From positions 128,001 through 192,000 of the forward strand of contig CAVYHV010000006.1 of the NCBI GenBank assembly GCA_963768425.1: 64,000 bases of DNA. Reading direction: 5' to 3'. This document shows positions 19,599-28,956 of this stretch, piece after piece (position 1 is the first letter of the stretch; every line of letters starts with the position of its first letter). Source of the stretch: Candidatus Bathyarchaeota archaeon (GTDB lineage: Archaea; Thermoproteota; Bathyarchaeia; Bathyarchaeales; Bathycorpusculaceae). The notes under the pieces were generated by a model that did not search any database, had not been told where the DNA came from, and saw nothing but the letters and a program-made list of their open reading frames with translations. The translations under genes were made by a program, and so were the position numbers.

Positions 19599-20264
19599 AT
19601 GAGTCGCAAAGTTAAGCTATTGACGCTTTTGATTGCTGTTTTAGTGGTTTTGTTAAGTGTAGAAACATACGCTTGGCAAACAGCTGGAAACAATGTTCAA
19701 GGCAAATTCATTCGGGTTGCATGCGTCGGCGACAGCATAACTTGTGGAACCTCTTACCCAGATGATCTTTGGCTGATGCTAGGCGAAAAGTATGTTGTTG
19801 GCAACTTCGGCAACAACGGAGCCACGGTTTTCCTAAATTCAAGCAACCCCTACATGTACACACCTGCCTTCAAGGTTGCAAAGTCCTTTGCCCCCCAAAT
19901 AGTAATCATCATGCTTGGAACCAATGACGCGGACCCAACTCTTAACGAGTCTAACGCAGTTTTTGTCAGTGATTATGTTTGGCTTGTTTCGCAGTTCCAG
20001 GAGCTGGCGAGCAAACCGAAAGTGTGGATAGTGACGCCGCCGCCGATTTTTAACAATACTGTGGGTTTAAGCGGAGAGTTCCTTGCGCAAAACATCATTC
20101 CGGATATAGATCAAGTGGCAACCGCGACAGGCGTGTCAGTGATTAACGTTTATGCTCCTTTGGTTGGTCATTCAGCGTATTTCCTTGACGGCGTTCACCC
20201 GGACATTAACGGCTCGTTGGCTGTTGCGACTGTGGTTAATGATGCTTTGAAATTACAGGGGTAA
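19599..20264 (+). CDS. Secreted SGNH/GDSL esterase
   Basis: GDSIT, MLGTND, DGVHP. Confidence 0.92.
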   Translation: MSRKVKLLTLLIAVLVVLLSVETYAWQTAGNNVQGKFIRVACVGDSITCGTSYPDDLWLMLGEKYVVGNFGNNGATVFLNSSNPYMYTPAFKVAKSFAPQIVIIMLGTNDADPTLNESNAVFVSDYVWLVSQFQELASKPKVWIVTPPPIFNNTVGLSGEFLAQNIIPDIDQVATATGVSVINVYAPLVGHSAYFLDGVHPDINGSLAVATVVNDALKLQG

Positions 20265-20551
20265 TTCGCGCCCAAAACCGCCTTGTTATCAGTTATCTCT
20301 TTCATGTTCAATTGCGTTAAGAAAGATGCTTGATTAAACAGTTTTTTACGTTTTTTTCCATAGTGGGCTTGCTTTGTGGTGATATAATCTAAATCATTAT
20401 GTGCAATAGATTTATTAAGACCACAAAGCTTAAATAGCAAAACGTCAGATCTGCTTCTTTGCACGGGCCGAATGTACTTCTTCTAGCCCAAAATTGGAGA
20501 AAATTGGACTTTAGGGACGGCTCTATGCGTATCAAAATGAGGTAGAGAAGA

Positions 20552-21490
20552 TTGAGTAAAAAAGAAGTCCGAACACAACAGCGCTTAGCTGACAAGTGTC
20601 CAGAATGCGGAAGCGAAAATCTAGTTCACGATTATGACACGGGTGAAACAGTATGCGGCGATTGTGGATTGGTTCTGTACGAACAAATGATGGATAAAGG
20701 TCCAGAATGGCGCGCGTTCACGCAAGAGGAAAAGGCGTCAAGAAGCCGTGTTGGAGTACCCACATCCTACTCGGTTCACGACAAGGGATTATCTACCGCG
20801 ATTAGCCAAGTTGACCGAGATGCATTTGGAAGAAAACTGCCTCTTTCCACAAGGCTACAGATGTGGCGTTTAAGGAAATGGCAAATTCGAAGCCGGGTCC
20901 ACTCATCAATAGACCGAAACCTCGCTCAAGCTATGGCAGAACTCGACAGGCTTTCAGACAAAGTTTACATTCCACCACCAATCAAAGAAAAAGCCGCTGT
21001 GGTTTACCGCAAAGCATTAGACAAAGGCTTAGTGCGGGGCAGATCAATCGCTGCTATTGCTGCTGCCGCGCTTTATGCTGCTTGCCGTGCAAGCGGAACC
21101 CCTCGTACACTGCGGGAAATCGCTGAAGCCAGTCTCGTTGACAAGAAGGACGTTGCAAGGTGCTACAGGCTGCTGCTTCGAGAGCTCGACGTTCACATGC
21201 CGATTGCTGACCCATTGACTTACGTGTCGAAGATTGCTGAAAAAACTGGAATTTCAGGCAAAACTCAGGGTGCAGCCATCCAGATTCTAAGGGATGCGAG
21301 GCGCAAACGTGCTGCAGCTGGAAAAGACCCGATGGGTCTAGCTGCTGCTGCCCTCTATATTGCTTGCCTGCAGAACAACGAAAAGAAAACCCAGAAAGAC
21401 ATTGCAGAAGCCGCGGGAGTAACAGAAGTCACCGTACGTAACCGCTACAAGACACTCAAGAAACAACTGAACCTAGAATTGCCCGACTAA
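20552..21490 (+). CDS. tfb: Transcription initiation factor IIB
   Basis: Zn ribbon CPEC...CGDC, GPEWRAF, two cyclin repeats, VTEVTVRNRY. Confidence 0.98.
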   Translation: MSKKEVRTQQRLADKCPECGSENLVHDYDTGETVCGDCGLVLYEQMMDKGPEWRAFTQEEKASRSRVGVPTSYSVHDKGLSTAISQVDRDAFGRKLPLSTRLQMWRLRKWQIRSRVHSSIDRNLAQAMAELDRLSDKVYIPPPIKEKAAVVYRKALDKGLVRGRSIAAIAAAALYAACRASGTPRTLREIAEASLVDKKDVARCYRLLLRELDVHMPIADPLTYVSKIAEKTGISGKTQGAAIQILRDARRKRAAAGKDPMGLAAAALYIACLQNNEKKTQKDIAEAAGVTEVTVRNRYKTLKKQLNLELPD

Positions 21491-21510
21491 AAGACGCTTT
21501 CCTTTTTCAG

Positions 21511-21747
21511 TTAAGCGTCAGATTCTTCTTTTTCGTTCGTTGAATCCTTTTCTTCTTCAAGCTCCATGACGATGGTTCCGACGTAACCGCATTCTTCACA
21601 GTAGTATTGTTTTGGAGCTAATCCGCCGATTGTTAAGCCTGTTGCGAGTTTTATTTTTGGGCTGCAGCATTTTGGGCAAAAAATCTTTGTGGGTTTTCGA
21701 TGCTTTATTGATTTGAACACTTCGCGAACGTCATCTAACTTTTTCAT
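21511..21747 (-). CDS. Small Zn-ribbon protein
   Basis: CPKC...YYCEECGYVG and an acidic tail. Confidence 0.75.
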   Translation of the reverse strand: MKKLDDVREVFKSIKHRKPTKIFCPKCCSPKIKLATGLTIGGLAPKQYYCEECGYVGTIVMELEEEKDSTNEKEESDA

Positions 21748-21776
21748 TCTTTGCGCCTTACGTTTTGACCCTGCGT

Positions 21777-22085
21777 TTACTGCACTTCAATGTTTTCCTG
21801 TGGATAACCAAGTTTCAACAAGAAATCGCGTATTCTGTCTCTGTGATCTCCCTGCAACATAATTTGACCGTTCTTGCTTGTTCCACCGCATGCGCAATAA
21901 GTTTTGAGTTTTTGAGCAACACTTGCCAAATTGATGTTTTTGTCTTCCATGCCGTCGATGACGGTGGTTGGCCTTCCAAATTTCCTTGTTTCAAGCCTAA
22001 CGCGTATTCGTTGTTGTTCTTTCTCTATTTCCCCGCAAACGCATAAGTCCTTAGGAAGCCCGCATGTTGTACAAACTTCAGCCAT
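21777..22085 (-). CDS. Translation initiation factor aIF1 (SUI1)
   Basis: CGLPKDLCVC, LKTYCACGGT, LQGDHR. Confidence 0.96.
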   Translation of the reverse strand: MAEVCTTCGLPKDLCVCGEIEKEQQRIRVRLETRKFGRPTTVIDGMEDKNINLASVAQKLKTYCACGGTSKNGQIMLQGDHRDRIRDFLLKLGYPQENIEVQ

Positions 22086-22178
22086 GAAACTCAACAGTCA
22101 TTAGCAAACTGAAATATATAAAAGTTTCAAGAAAAAAAGACGGTTGCTACTCGCCGCGGCGAAATCAATTTTCATTTT

Positions 22179-22721
22179 TCAGGGGTCAAAACTTGCCATT
22201 TTCTCCGCCAATTCAGCGATTTGCCCCTCAAACTTGACCCGCATCTTCGTAAATCGCATAGCTGCTGAGGGATGAATAGCTTCTAAGTACTCAATTCCCT
22301 CGACCCTTGGAGTTTTCTTTGCTGATGCGCCTAGCAGGACAATTATTTTTGGACGGATGAAACTGATTTGAGCGATCAGGTAGGGTAGACATGCTGCTAC
22401 TTCGTCTGGAAGGGGTTTTCGATTTTTCGGCGAAACATGCTTAACAATGCTAGTTATGAAGAGTTCTTCGCGTTTTAACCCGTTCTGAATCAAGACTTTG
22501 TTTAGAAATCTGCCTGATAATCCGACGAAGGGTCTGCCCACTTCATCCTCGTGAGCACCTGGGTTTTGCCCAATCAGCATCACTTTTGCGTCTAATGGTC
22601 CTTCTCCTGGGACGCCGTGTTTTGCTCCCTGCCAAAGCCTGCATTTTTTGCAAGCGTAAATTTGATAGCTTAATTCTTCAAGCGCCAATGTGTCACCTTG
22701 TGATTGGCTATTGACAGTCAC
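22179..22721 (-). CDS. Uracil-DNA glycosylase, family 4-like
   Basis: CKKC, VPGEG, GQNPG..ED..GRPFVG, NRKP, HPSAA. Confidence 0.9.
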   Translation of the reverse strand: MTVNSQSQGDTLALEELSYQIYACKKCRLWQGAKHGVPGEGPLDAKVMLIGQNPGAHEDEVGRPFVGLSGRFLNKVLIQNGLKREELFITSIVKHVSPKNRKPLPDEVAACLPYLIAQISFIRPKIIVLLGASAKKTPRVEGIEYLEAIHPSAAMRFTKMRVKFEGQIAELAEKMASFDP

Positions 22722-22840
22722 ACAACCTTAAAAAAATCGCGGGTTCTTCTATAGTTGGTTACTTGCTTCCGCCTATATAGGAATGAATATAAGGACTTGT
22801 AAGACTAAGATTTTGGAAGAATTATTTTGGAGGACCCCAA

Positions 22841-23143
22841 ATGACTAACGAAACGTCTGCGACTGGTTCGCTTATAGGGAGCGCTACACGTGTGCTTTTA
22901 CGAGTTGCTTTCGCTTTTGAACCTTTAGCGCCGACGGGTATTACGATTTTGATGAACCAGCAGCTTCACAAATTCAAGGAATCTGGCGCAATTGGGGACT
23001 ATAAAACCAAAACTAAACGACTGGGAAAATTCCATTACCGAATTGAAATCAATCTTGACGTGACCGGGATGCAGACAGTTCATCTTCTAAGTAATTTATT
23101 TCCACGGCAACTAAACAGGTTCAGGAGGTGGTTCCATGACTGA
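22841..23143 (+). CDS. Hypothetical protein
   Basis: GGAGG SD; clean 100-aa ORF overlapping the next start. Confidence 0.7.
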   Translation: MTNETSATGSLIGSATRVLLRVAFAFEPLAPTGITILMNQQLHKFKESGAIGDYKTKTKRLGKFHYRIEINLDVTGMQTVHLLSNLFPRQLNRFRRWFHD

Positions 23144-23291
23144 AATGTCCGAAAAGAAAGGCAAACTGAAAATAACAATAGAGCTTGAGGTAAACGAGGA
23201 ACTGTTAGGTTTGGCTAAAGAAGCGATGGAAAAGATGCCGATGCGAATGCAGGAAATGTGGAAGATGCACGGCGGCGAAAAGAAAGAGTAA
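23136..23291 (+). CDS. 51-aa Met-rich microprotein
   Basis: GGAGGTG SD; MTEMSEKKGKLKITIELEVNEELLGLAKEAMEKMPMRMQEMWKMHGGEKKE; T-rich tract after. Confidence 0.65.
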   Translation: MTEMSEKKGKLKITIELEVNEELLGLAKEAMEKMPMRMQEMWKMHGGEKKE

Positions 23292-23396
23292 AAGCCCAAA
23301 CTCGCAGGAGCAAAACAATTTTTCCTTATTTTTAAGTGTACTGTAGCGTTCTTTCAGAACAAAAACTTTTGTTTTAACATTTGCCTTCTTACAATT

Positions 23397-23639
23397 CTAT
23401 TGTTCGCTTGCAGTCTTGAAAGCCTGAGTTATCAAATCGCCCCGAATGCGCTCTGCTTCGGCCTCAGCGTGGAGAGGATTTCTTACCTTTAACCTGTGAA
23501 ATTCAATGTGAGCTTCAATAGCTTCGCTTACAAGTTTAACATTTTGAACCAACATGATTTCTGCGCCGCAGCTGCTACATTTTATTACAGGTATCTTGTC
23601 TCGTGTCGCTGTTTTTTTATTCGTGATTCGGATAGGCAA
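23397..23639 (-). CDS. Small C2H2-like Zn-binding protein
   Basis: CSSC...H...H; GAGG upstream. Confidence 0.7.
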   Translation of the reverse strand: MPIRITNKKTATRDKIPVIKCSSCGAEIMLVQNVKLVSEAIEAHIEFHRLKVRNPLHAEAEAERIRGDLITQAFKTASEQ

Positions 23640-23885
23640 ATTTTATCCTCATTTTGGTTCGATTATTTGTGTCTACCGTATAAAGATTTATTTTCAAATG
23701 GCAGCATTTCTAGAGAAACGTCTCTGTTCGGCTTAAGAATTGAATATTCGTGATATTCACGTTTATTTTAATAAAATTGTTGAATTTCATTTTAAAAATT
23801 TTTTGAAATTCATCTTCTTGCAAAGATGTTTTTCTGCTTAAAGAAACGTTTTATACTTTAATGTTCATTTTCTATTGGGATTAAT

Positions 23886-24182
23886 ATGAAGTTTTTAGTC
23901 ATTCAGAAAGTTAGGCGTGAGGTTCCTGTTGAGAAGTGGGCTAAGCTGCTTCCGTTGCAATTCAAATACTTTGACGGTCTGGAAAAGGAAAAGACTCTTG
24001 AAGTTTACTATCACCTGATCGGTCAGCAGGGCAGCATGTGCGTAATCAACGTGGACTCAGATGAAAAGCTTTCAAGAATCATTGGGCAGGATCCCTTGTT
24101 CTTTGATAGCGAACGTGAAATCTACCCCTTAACCACCAGGCAAACGCATGAGAAGCAGATAAGAGAGATTCTAAAGCCGTAG
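23886..24182 (+). CDS. Muconolactone isomerase-like dimeric alpha/beta barrel protein
   Basis: MKFLV, G..G...I.NVDS.E.L..I...PL....EIYPL pattern. Confidence 0.65.
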   Translation: MKFLVIQKVRREVPVEKWAKLLPLQFKYFDGLEKEKTLEVYYHLIGQQGSMCVINVDSDEKLSRIIGQDPLFFDSEREIYPLTTRQTHEKQIREILKP

Positions 24183-24198
24183 CGCAAGGTTTTCAATT

Positions 24199-24759
24199 AT
24201 GACTTGCCACGGCGGTTTTTCTCTGGATGAAGCCACGAGGCGTTCATGGTATAATTCAGATGCTATTCTGCAAGATTTGGGTCCAGGCATGATTTTCGTG
24301 GATGTAGGTTGTGGCGACGGCTTCTTCAGCATTTTGGCAGCACGGAAGGTAGGTGAAAAAGGCAAAGTTTACGCTGTGGACTCTGACGCTTTAGGCATTG
24401 AAAAACTCAATCGCAAAGCCCAAGCGGCAGGTCTCAAAAACATCGTCAGCAAAGTTGCTCCGGCTGAAGAAACAGTTTTCTGTAGCAGCTGCGCCGATGT
24501 TGTTTTCTTTAGTATGGTGCTTCATGACTTCGCTAATCCGGCTAAGGTGCTGCAAAACGCCAGAAAAATGATCAAGCCTACTGGAACGCTGGTTGATTTG
24601 GACTGGAAAAAACAGGAAATGCCTTTTGGTCCACCCGTCAAAATCAGATTTAGCCAAGACCACGCCTCAAACATAATCCATGATGCAGGTTTTCGAGTCG
24701 ACGGCGTCAGGGACATTGGTGATTTTCATTATGTATTAACCGCAGAGCCCAGGATTTAA
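24199..24759 (+). CDS. Class I SAM-dependent methyltransferase
   Basis: VDVGCGDG, VYAVD, VLHD. Confidence 0.9.
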   Translation: MTCHGGFSLDEATRRSWYNSDAILQDLGPGMIFVDVGCGDGFFSILAARKVGEKGKVYAVDSDALGIEKLNRKAQAAGLKNIVSKVAPAEETVFCSSCADVVFFSMVLHDFANPAKVLQNARKMIKPTGTLVDLDWKKQEMPFGPPVKIRFSQDHASNIIHDAGFRVDGVRDIGDFHYVLTAEPRI

Positions 24760-24768
24760 AAGCGAATT

Positions 24769-25368
24769 TTATTCTGCTTTGGCGTAGAGTTCAAGCAGGT
24801 CTCGTTTGAAAAGTTCAGGCTGGCTCAGATACGCTGAGTGTGATGCGTCCTGATAGATTACAAGTTTAGCGTTGGGCACCTTTTCCACTAAGGTTCTCAT
24901 TTCTTCCCCTGATATGATGTTGTCTTGTGAACCCCAAATTATTCTCACGGGAAACCTAAAGTTACCGTAAACTCGAACCAAATCCTCTGCGAGTGCGTGG
25001 GCGGGGGAAACCAATAGAAGCCCTTTCACGGGAAACTGTGCAGCATACCTCAAAGCGATATACCCGCCTAAGCTGGCGCCCACCAACAAAGGCACCGCGG
25101 AACCAAAAACGCTTTGAACCGCCTCCGACAACACCTGCACGTTTGTATCGGGGTTTCTTGTTTTTGGCTCGCAATTAGTTTTCAACCCATACGGCATGTC
25201 TAATGCCAAAAATGGCAAATGCTTCTCAATCAACAAGTCCGTTACGCCGATGCGTTGCCAAACGTCAGCTGTGTAGGATAAGCCATGCAGGAAAACAACT
25301 GGTGTACCAGCTGCATTGTGAATCAGTGATCGGCATTTGTGTCCAGCTGTTTTTAATGCTTTTTCCAT
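24769..25368 (-). CDS. Alpha/beta hydrolase
   Basis: FLHG, GASLGG, WG..D, H..YL; ATG 25368 preferred because it avoids overlap with bcp. Confidence 0.9.
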   Translation of the reverse strand: MEKALKTAGHKCRSLIHNAAGTPVVFLHGLSYTADVWQRIGVTDLLIEKHLPFLALDMPYGLKTNCEPKTRNPDTNVQVLSEAVQSVFGSAVPLLVGASLGGYIALRYAAQFPVKGLLLVSPAHALAEDLVRVYGNFRFPVRIIWGSQDNIISGEEMRTLVEKVPNAKLVIYQDASHSAYLSQPELFKRDLLELYAKAE

Positions 25369-25470
25369 AAGCGAAAATATGTTTTGTTTCTTATACGTTT
25401 GACTGACCCCGAACGCCAAATTCGCGAAAAGAATAATAGAAACTCAAAGCCTCAGTATGTCGGTGACCTT

Positions 25471-25947
25471 TTGCCAGTTAAAGTTGGTGACAAAGCGCCA
25501 GATTTCACTTTGCCTTCGCAGCTGGGCGATAACGTGACGCTTTCAGAGTTCGCAGGCAAAAAGAACGTGGTGCTGTATTTTTATCCGAAAGACGAAACCC
25601 CCGGCTGCAAAACGGAGGCTTGCGCCTTCAGAGATAGCTATGAGGAGCTGACCAGGTTAGGTGCTGAGGTTTTGGGGGTAAGCGGGCAGAGTGTTGCATC
25701 GCACAAGTCTTTTGCAACTCATTACGGTTTGCCCTTCATTTTGCTTAGCGACGAGGGTAACAAAGTACGCAAGCTTTACGACGTCCCCTCCAGTATGGGT
25801 CTTATCCCGGGAAGGGTCACTTACATAATCGACAAGATAGGCATTGTTAGGCACATTTTTAATTCGCAGACTCAGACGCGGCAGCATGTTGAGGAAGCCA
25901 AGGAAACCCTGAAGGAACTTGACAAAGAACAACAAGCGGGAACGTAA
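25471..25947 (+). CDS. bcp: Peroxiredoxin Bcp/PrxQ
   Basis: [16 protein letters not shown]; TTG start after GGTGA. Confidence 0.93.
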   Translation: MPVKVGDKAPDFTLPSQLGDNVTLSEFAGKKNVVLYFYPKDETPGCKTEACAFRDSYEELTRLGAEVLGVSGQSVASHKSFATHYGLPFILLSDEGNKVRKLYDVPSSMGLIPGRVTYIIDKIGIVRHIFNSQTQTRQHVEEAKETLKELDKEQQAGT

Positions 25948-25962
25948 CGCTGGAAGCTTCCA

Positions 25963-27198
25963 ATGCTGAACATATACAATAGTTTGACCCGGAAAATTGA
26001 GCCTTTCCAGCCTGACGAAGACATGCAGGTTAAAATGTACACGTGCGGACCCTCAACCTACCAACCGCCACACATCGGAAACTACCGCACCTTCCTCTTC
26101 GAAGACATATTTCAACGTTACTTAGAGCACCTTGGCTACAAAGTCAAACGACTAATCACACTGACAGATTTAGAAGACAAAGCCATCGCCCAAGCCAAAA
26201 AAGAAAATCTAACTGTAGAAGAAGTGACAAGAAAAAACGAAGCCATCTTCTTCCAAGGCTTCAAGCTCCTCAGAATCAAAACACCTGACTTTCCAGTTCG
26301 GGCTTCATCAGCCGTTGACCAAGCTGCAAGCCTAATCGCTCGACTTGCCGAAAAAAAATACGTGTATTGGGACGAGAATAACGGCGCAAAAAATGCGTAT
26401 TTTGAACCATTCAAATTCAAAGGCTTCGGAAAACTAGCCCATTTAGACATGAGCAAATGGCCCACAAAGAAACGCCGCTTCCACAAGGACACGTATCCAG
26501 GGACGCCGTGGAATAAGGGTGACTTCATAGTTTGGGACGGCTGCAAACAAGGCGGAGTCTGCTATGAAACGCCGATCGGCGGCGGCAGGCCCGCATGGAA
26601 CATCCAGGACGCCGCCATCGTAACTAAACATTTAGGCTTTTCAATTGATGTTGCCTGCGGCGGAATCGACAATTTAGTCCGTCACCACGACTACACGCTT
26701 GCCATTGCTGAAGCCGTAAGCGGCAAACAGTTCAGCCGATACTGGCTTCACGGAGCGCACCTCTTAGTCGATGGCAAAAAAATGTCCAAAAGCATCGGAA
26801 ACGTCATCTACACCGGCGACGTCTTAAAGGAAGGCTTTAGTGGTGAGCAACTAAGATTCTTTCTTATCTACGGGCACTACAGGGAAAAACTAAATTTCAC
26901 TTTCAAGAAGCTTGCTGAAACCAGTCGGAAACTTAACGCCTTCAAGAACATGTTTAAGGAGTTACAAGTGACCAAAGAGGGCAGTTCAAACTCGGAAGCA
27001 GAGGCGCTTATTGGCGGCTTGGTTTCGTCCTTCGAAAACGCCATGAACAACGATTTAGGCGTTAAAACCGCATTCGATAGCCTCTACAAAACAATCTGCG
27101 AACTCCATGCATTGAAGAAGCCGCTAAACGAAAAAGAATCAAAAAAATTATTGGATGCGTTGCGTTGGGTTGATTCTGTGCTTCAATGTATTCTCTAA
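25963..27198 (+). CDS. Cysteinyl-tRNA synthetase paralog with altered active site and no C-terminal anticodon-binding segment
   Basis: CGP, HIGN and KMSKS present; GRPAWNIQD replaces GRPGWHIEC; DNLVRHHDYT replaces DLxFPHHENE; 411 aa. Confidence 0.85.
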   Translation: MLNIYNSLTRKIEPFQPDEDMQVKMYTCGPSTYQPPHIGNYRTFLFEDIFQRYLEHLGYKVKRLITLTDLEDKAIAQAKKENLTVEEVTRKNEAIFFQGFKLLRIKTPDFPVRASSAVDQAASLIARLAEKKYVYWDENNGAKNAYFEPFKFKGFGKLAHLDMSKWPTKKRRFHKDTYPGTPWNKGDFIVWDGCKQGGVCYETPIGGGRPAWNIQDAAIVTKHLGFSIDVACGGIDNLVRHHDYTLAIAEAVSGKQFSRYWLHGAHLLVDGKKMSKSIGNVIYTGDVLKEGFSGEQLRFFLIYGHYREKLNFTFKKLAETSRKLNAFKNMFKELQVTKEGSSNSEAEALIGGLVSSFENAMNNDLGVKTAFDSLYKTICELHALKKPLNEKESKKLLDALRWVDSVLQCIL

Positions 27199-27205
27199 TT
27201 CCGAG

Positions 27206-27454
27206 TTAGACCAGGTCGCCTACGAATTTGACCCGAGCAAAATTTTCTTCCCGATGTGGCGCCGCCTCAAGTTCCCCAGTCAAATCCTTCCCCGCCTGAT
27301 GCATTCCCAAATGGTCACCGTCAGACCAGAGGCCGCTTTCCGAAACGTCGTAGACTTTTCCGTTATAGGCAAAGTATGAGGGTTTGCCATTTTTCCCATT
27401 GTTCTCTTCAAGTTCTTGCTTAGTTACTTTTCGCTGCTCAGTCACAAAAACCAC
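27206..27454 (-). CDS. Cytochrome b5-like heme/steroid-binding protein
   Basis: NGKVYDVS, W..G.H...HQAGKDLT, APH. Confidence 0.88.
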   Translation of the reverse strand: MVFVTEQRKVTKQELEENNGKNGKPSYFAYNGKVYDVSESGLWSDGDHLGMHQAGKDLTGELEAAPHREENFARVKFVGDLV

Positions 27455-27509
27455 TTCTCACGGTTTAGAATCTCAAGCAGCAGTTTAATAACGTTTACGG
27501 AAACCTTCG

Positions 27510-27890
27510 TCAGGTCGGTAGAAGTTCAAGTTCGTCGGGCTGCCAATACGGCTCTAAAACAGGCGCCTTCCACAAAAGCTTCGCATATGAAACGTAAGCT
27601 GGTGTTCCTTCTTGAATTTTGAAGCTGAAAGTGTTAAAAGTCGTCTGGTTTGAAGACCTTGCTTGATTAACGTTCACGGAGAAAAACGTCGCCAAAACGA
27701 AAACGCTTGCCACAACAATTATTGCCGCTGCTGCAACTGCAATCAAAACGATTTCGGGATTTGAAAGCAGCCTTTTCGAGGCTGGCTTAGCCGAGGGTGG
27801 CGGAGTAAACATTACTGCTGGGGTTCCGCATTTGTGACAGAACCTGGCGTTTTCCCAAAGTTGATTACCGCACCTTCGACAGTAAGGCAA
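27510..27890 (-). CDS. Zinc-ribbon membrane protein
   Basis: YCRRCG...FCHKCGTP plus one TM. Confidence 0.75.
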   Translation of the reverse strand: MPYCRRCGNQLWENARFCHKCGTPAVMFTPPPSAKPASKRLLSNPEIVLIAVAAAAIIVVASVFVLATFFSVNVNQARSSNQTTFNTFSFKIQEGTPAYVSYAKLLWKAPVLEPYWQPDELELLPT

Positions 27891-28000
27891 CTATTCTAAC
27901 CTCAACCATGGGTATGTTTTGGAAAATTTAAGGCTTGCCAAAATCTTTCGAAATTGGATGATGCAAAATGTTAAATACAACTTGGAAAGAAGCGGGTAAG

Positions 28001-28136
28001 CAGGCAAGAATCATGAATGCTCTACATGCTTCATGTACTGAAGACCTGAAGGTTCATGTCTCTTGCTCAAACAAGCTTAAGGAGAAAAAAGAACTTTCAA
28101 AAAGATAAAAAGTAAATCTACGGCAATTCTTGCCTG
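28001..28136 (+). other. Element closed by an 11-bp inverted repeat, enclosing a 31-codon ORF (28013..28108); sRNA or small-ORF candidate
   Basis: CAGGCAAGAAT / ATTCTTGCCTG; TTAAATA upstream; T-run downstream. Confidence 0.4.
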
Positions 28137-28210
28137 AAGGTTTTATTTTTTTTGTTAACCCAAAAAAGAATTTTTAGAGACTTTTTACCAAAATAACCCT
28201 ATTTACCTCA

Positions 28211-28759
28211 TTATTTGCTGGATTCGTCTATACTTTTCTTGAAAAGGGCTTTGTCGACGGTTCTCGCATCCAAGTTGTGTTTAGCCGCGGTTTTCCTCAT
28301 TGCAACAAGAAGCTTGATGTAGTTTTGAGGTGTGTAAAGTCCCGGGGGCGGGTTGCCCAGCAGACCCTTCCAAACTCTTGTGTCAAAAATGCCATATTGG
28401 TGAGGATCAAAAAAAGCCAAGATCACGCTTGCAATAACTGGGCTGACGCCTTCAAGGGTCGTTAAGCACAAAAGCTTGTAGGTATCATCGCCCTCCGGCA
28501 AATTGAAGGCTTGGCTGGATATGCGACTGACTTTCTCTTCACTATTTCTGGCGACAAGTTCTAGGAGCCTGGTTTTCTTTTCGTCATCTTCCTTGAATTT
28601 CCACTCAACAACCTGGGCTAAGTCGGCGACTGTTAGAGCTTTCTGCTTTCGAAATTTGGCGCCTAATTCCCGTTCGCGTTGGGCTTGCCACCCGAAGCTT
28701 TTGTCGTATTTTCGGCTCCAAAGTATGTATTCAGGCTTATCCATTAAATTCAGCTTCAA
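28211..28759 (-). CDS. Helix-hairpin-helix DNA glycosylase-like protein
   Basis: V.WK, L.GV.P..AS.IL..FDP..Y.IFD.RV, R.VDKALF. Confidence 0.7.
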   Translation of the reverse strand: MKLNLMDKPEYILWSRKYDKSFGWQAQRERELGAKFRKQKALTVADLAQVVEWKFKEDDEKKTRLLELVARNSEEKVSRISSQAFNLPEGDDTYKLLCLTTLEGVSPVIASVILAFFDPHQYGIFDTRVWKGLLGNPPPGLYTPQNYIKLLVAMRKTAAKHNLDARTVDKALFKKSIDESSK

Positions 28760-28830
28760 TGATTAGAATGTCCGACACATTTCTATTTTTCTGATAAAAA
28801 ACCCAAGAAAAAACAATAAAGTGGGGAAGG

Positions 28831-28956
28831 TCAGTTTTGGTCTACCAGATGTGCTGTACCATCTGGGCAATATACTTTCTCGTCTTTGTTTACGCGCCTG
28901 TAGCGTTCACTGCACATATGCAGCATCTCGCAACCGTCGCAATCTCTACTCAGCAT
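28831..28956 (-). CDS. 41-aa Cys/His microprotein
   Basis: AAGGAGG SD; MLSRDCDGCEMLHMCSERYRRVNKDEKVYCPDGTAHLVDQN. Confidence 0.65.
   Translation of the reverse strand: MLSRDCDGCEMLHMCSERYRRVNKDEKVYCPDGTAHLVDQN

Noticed and set aside
20377-20407. dif-like site GGTGATATAA...TTATGTGCAAT
   Set aside because: Spacer is 9 nt rather than 6; more simply part of the tfb promoter region
25963-27198. Annotating as ordinary cysS
   Set aside because: Two Zn ligands are substituted and the anticodon-binding tail is absent
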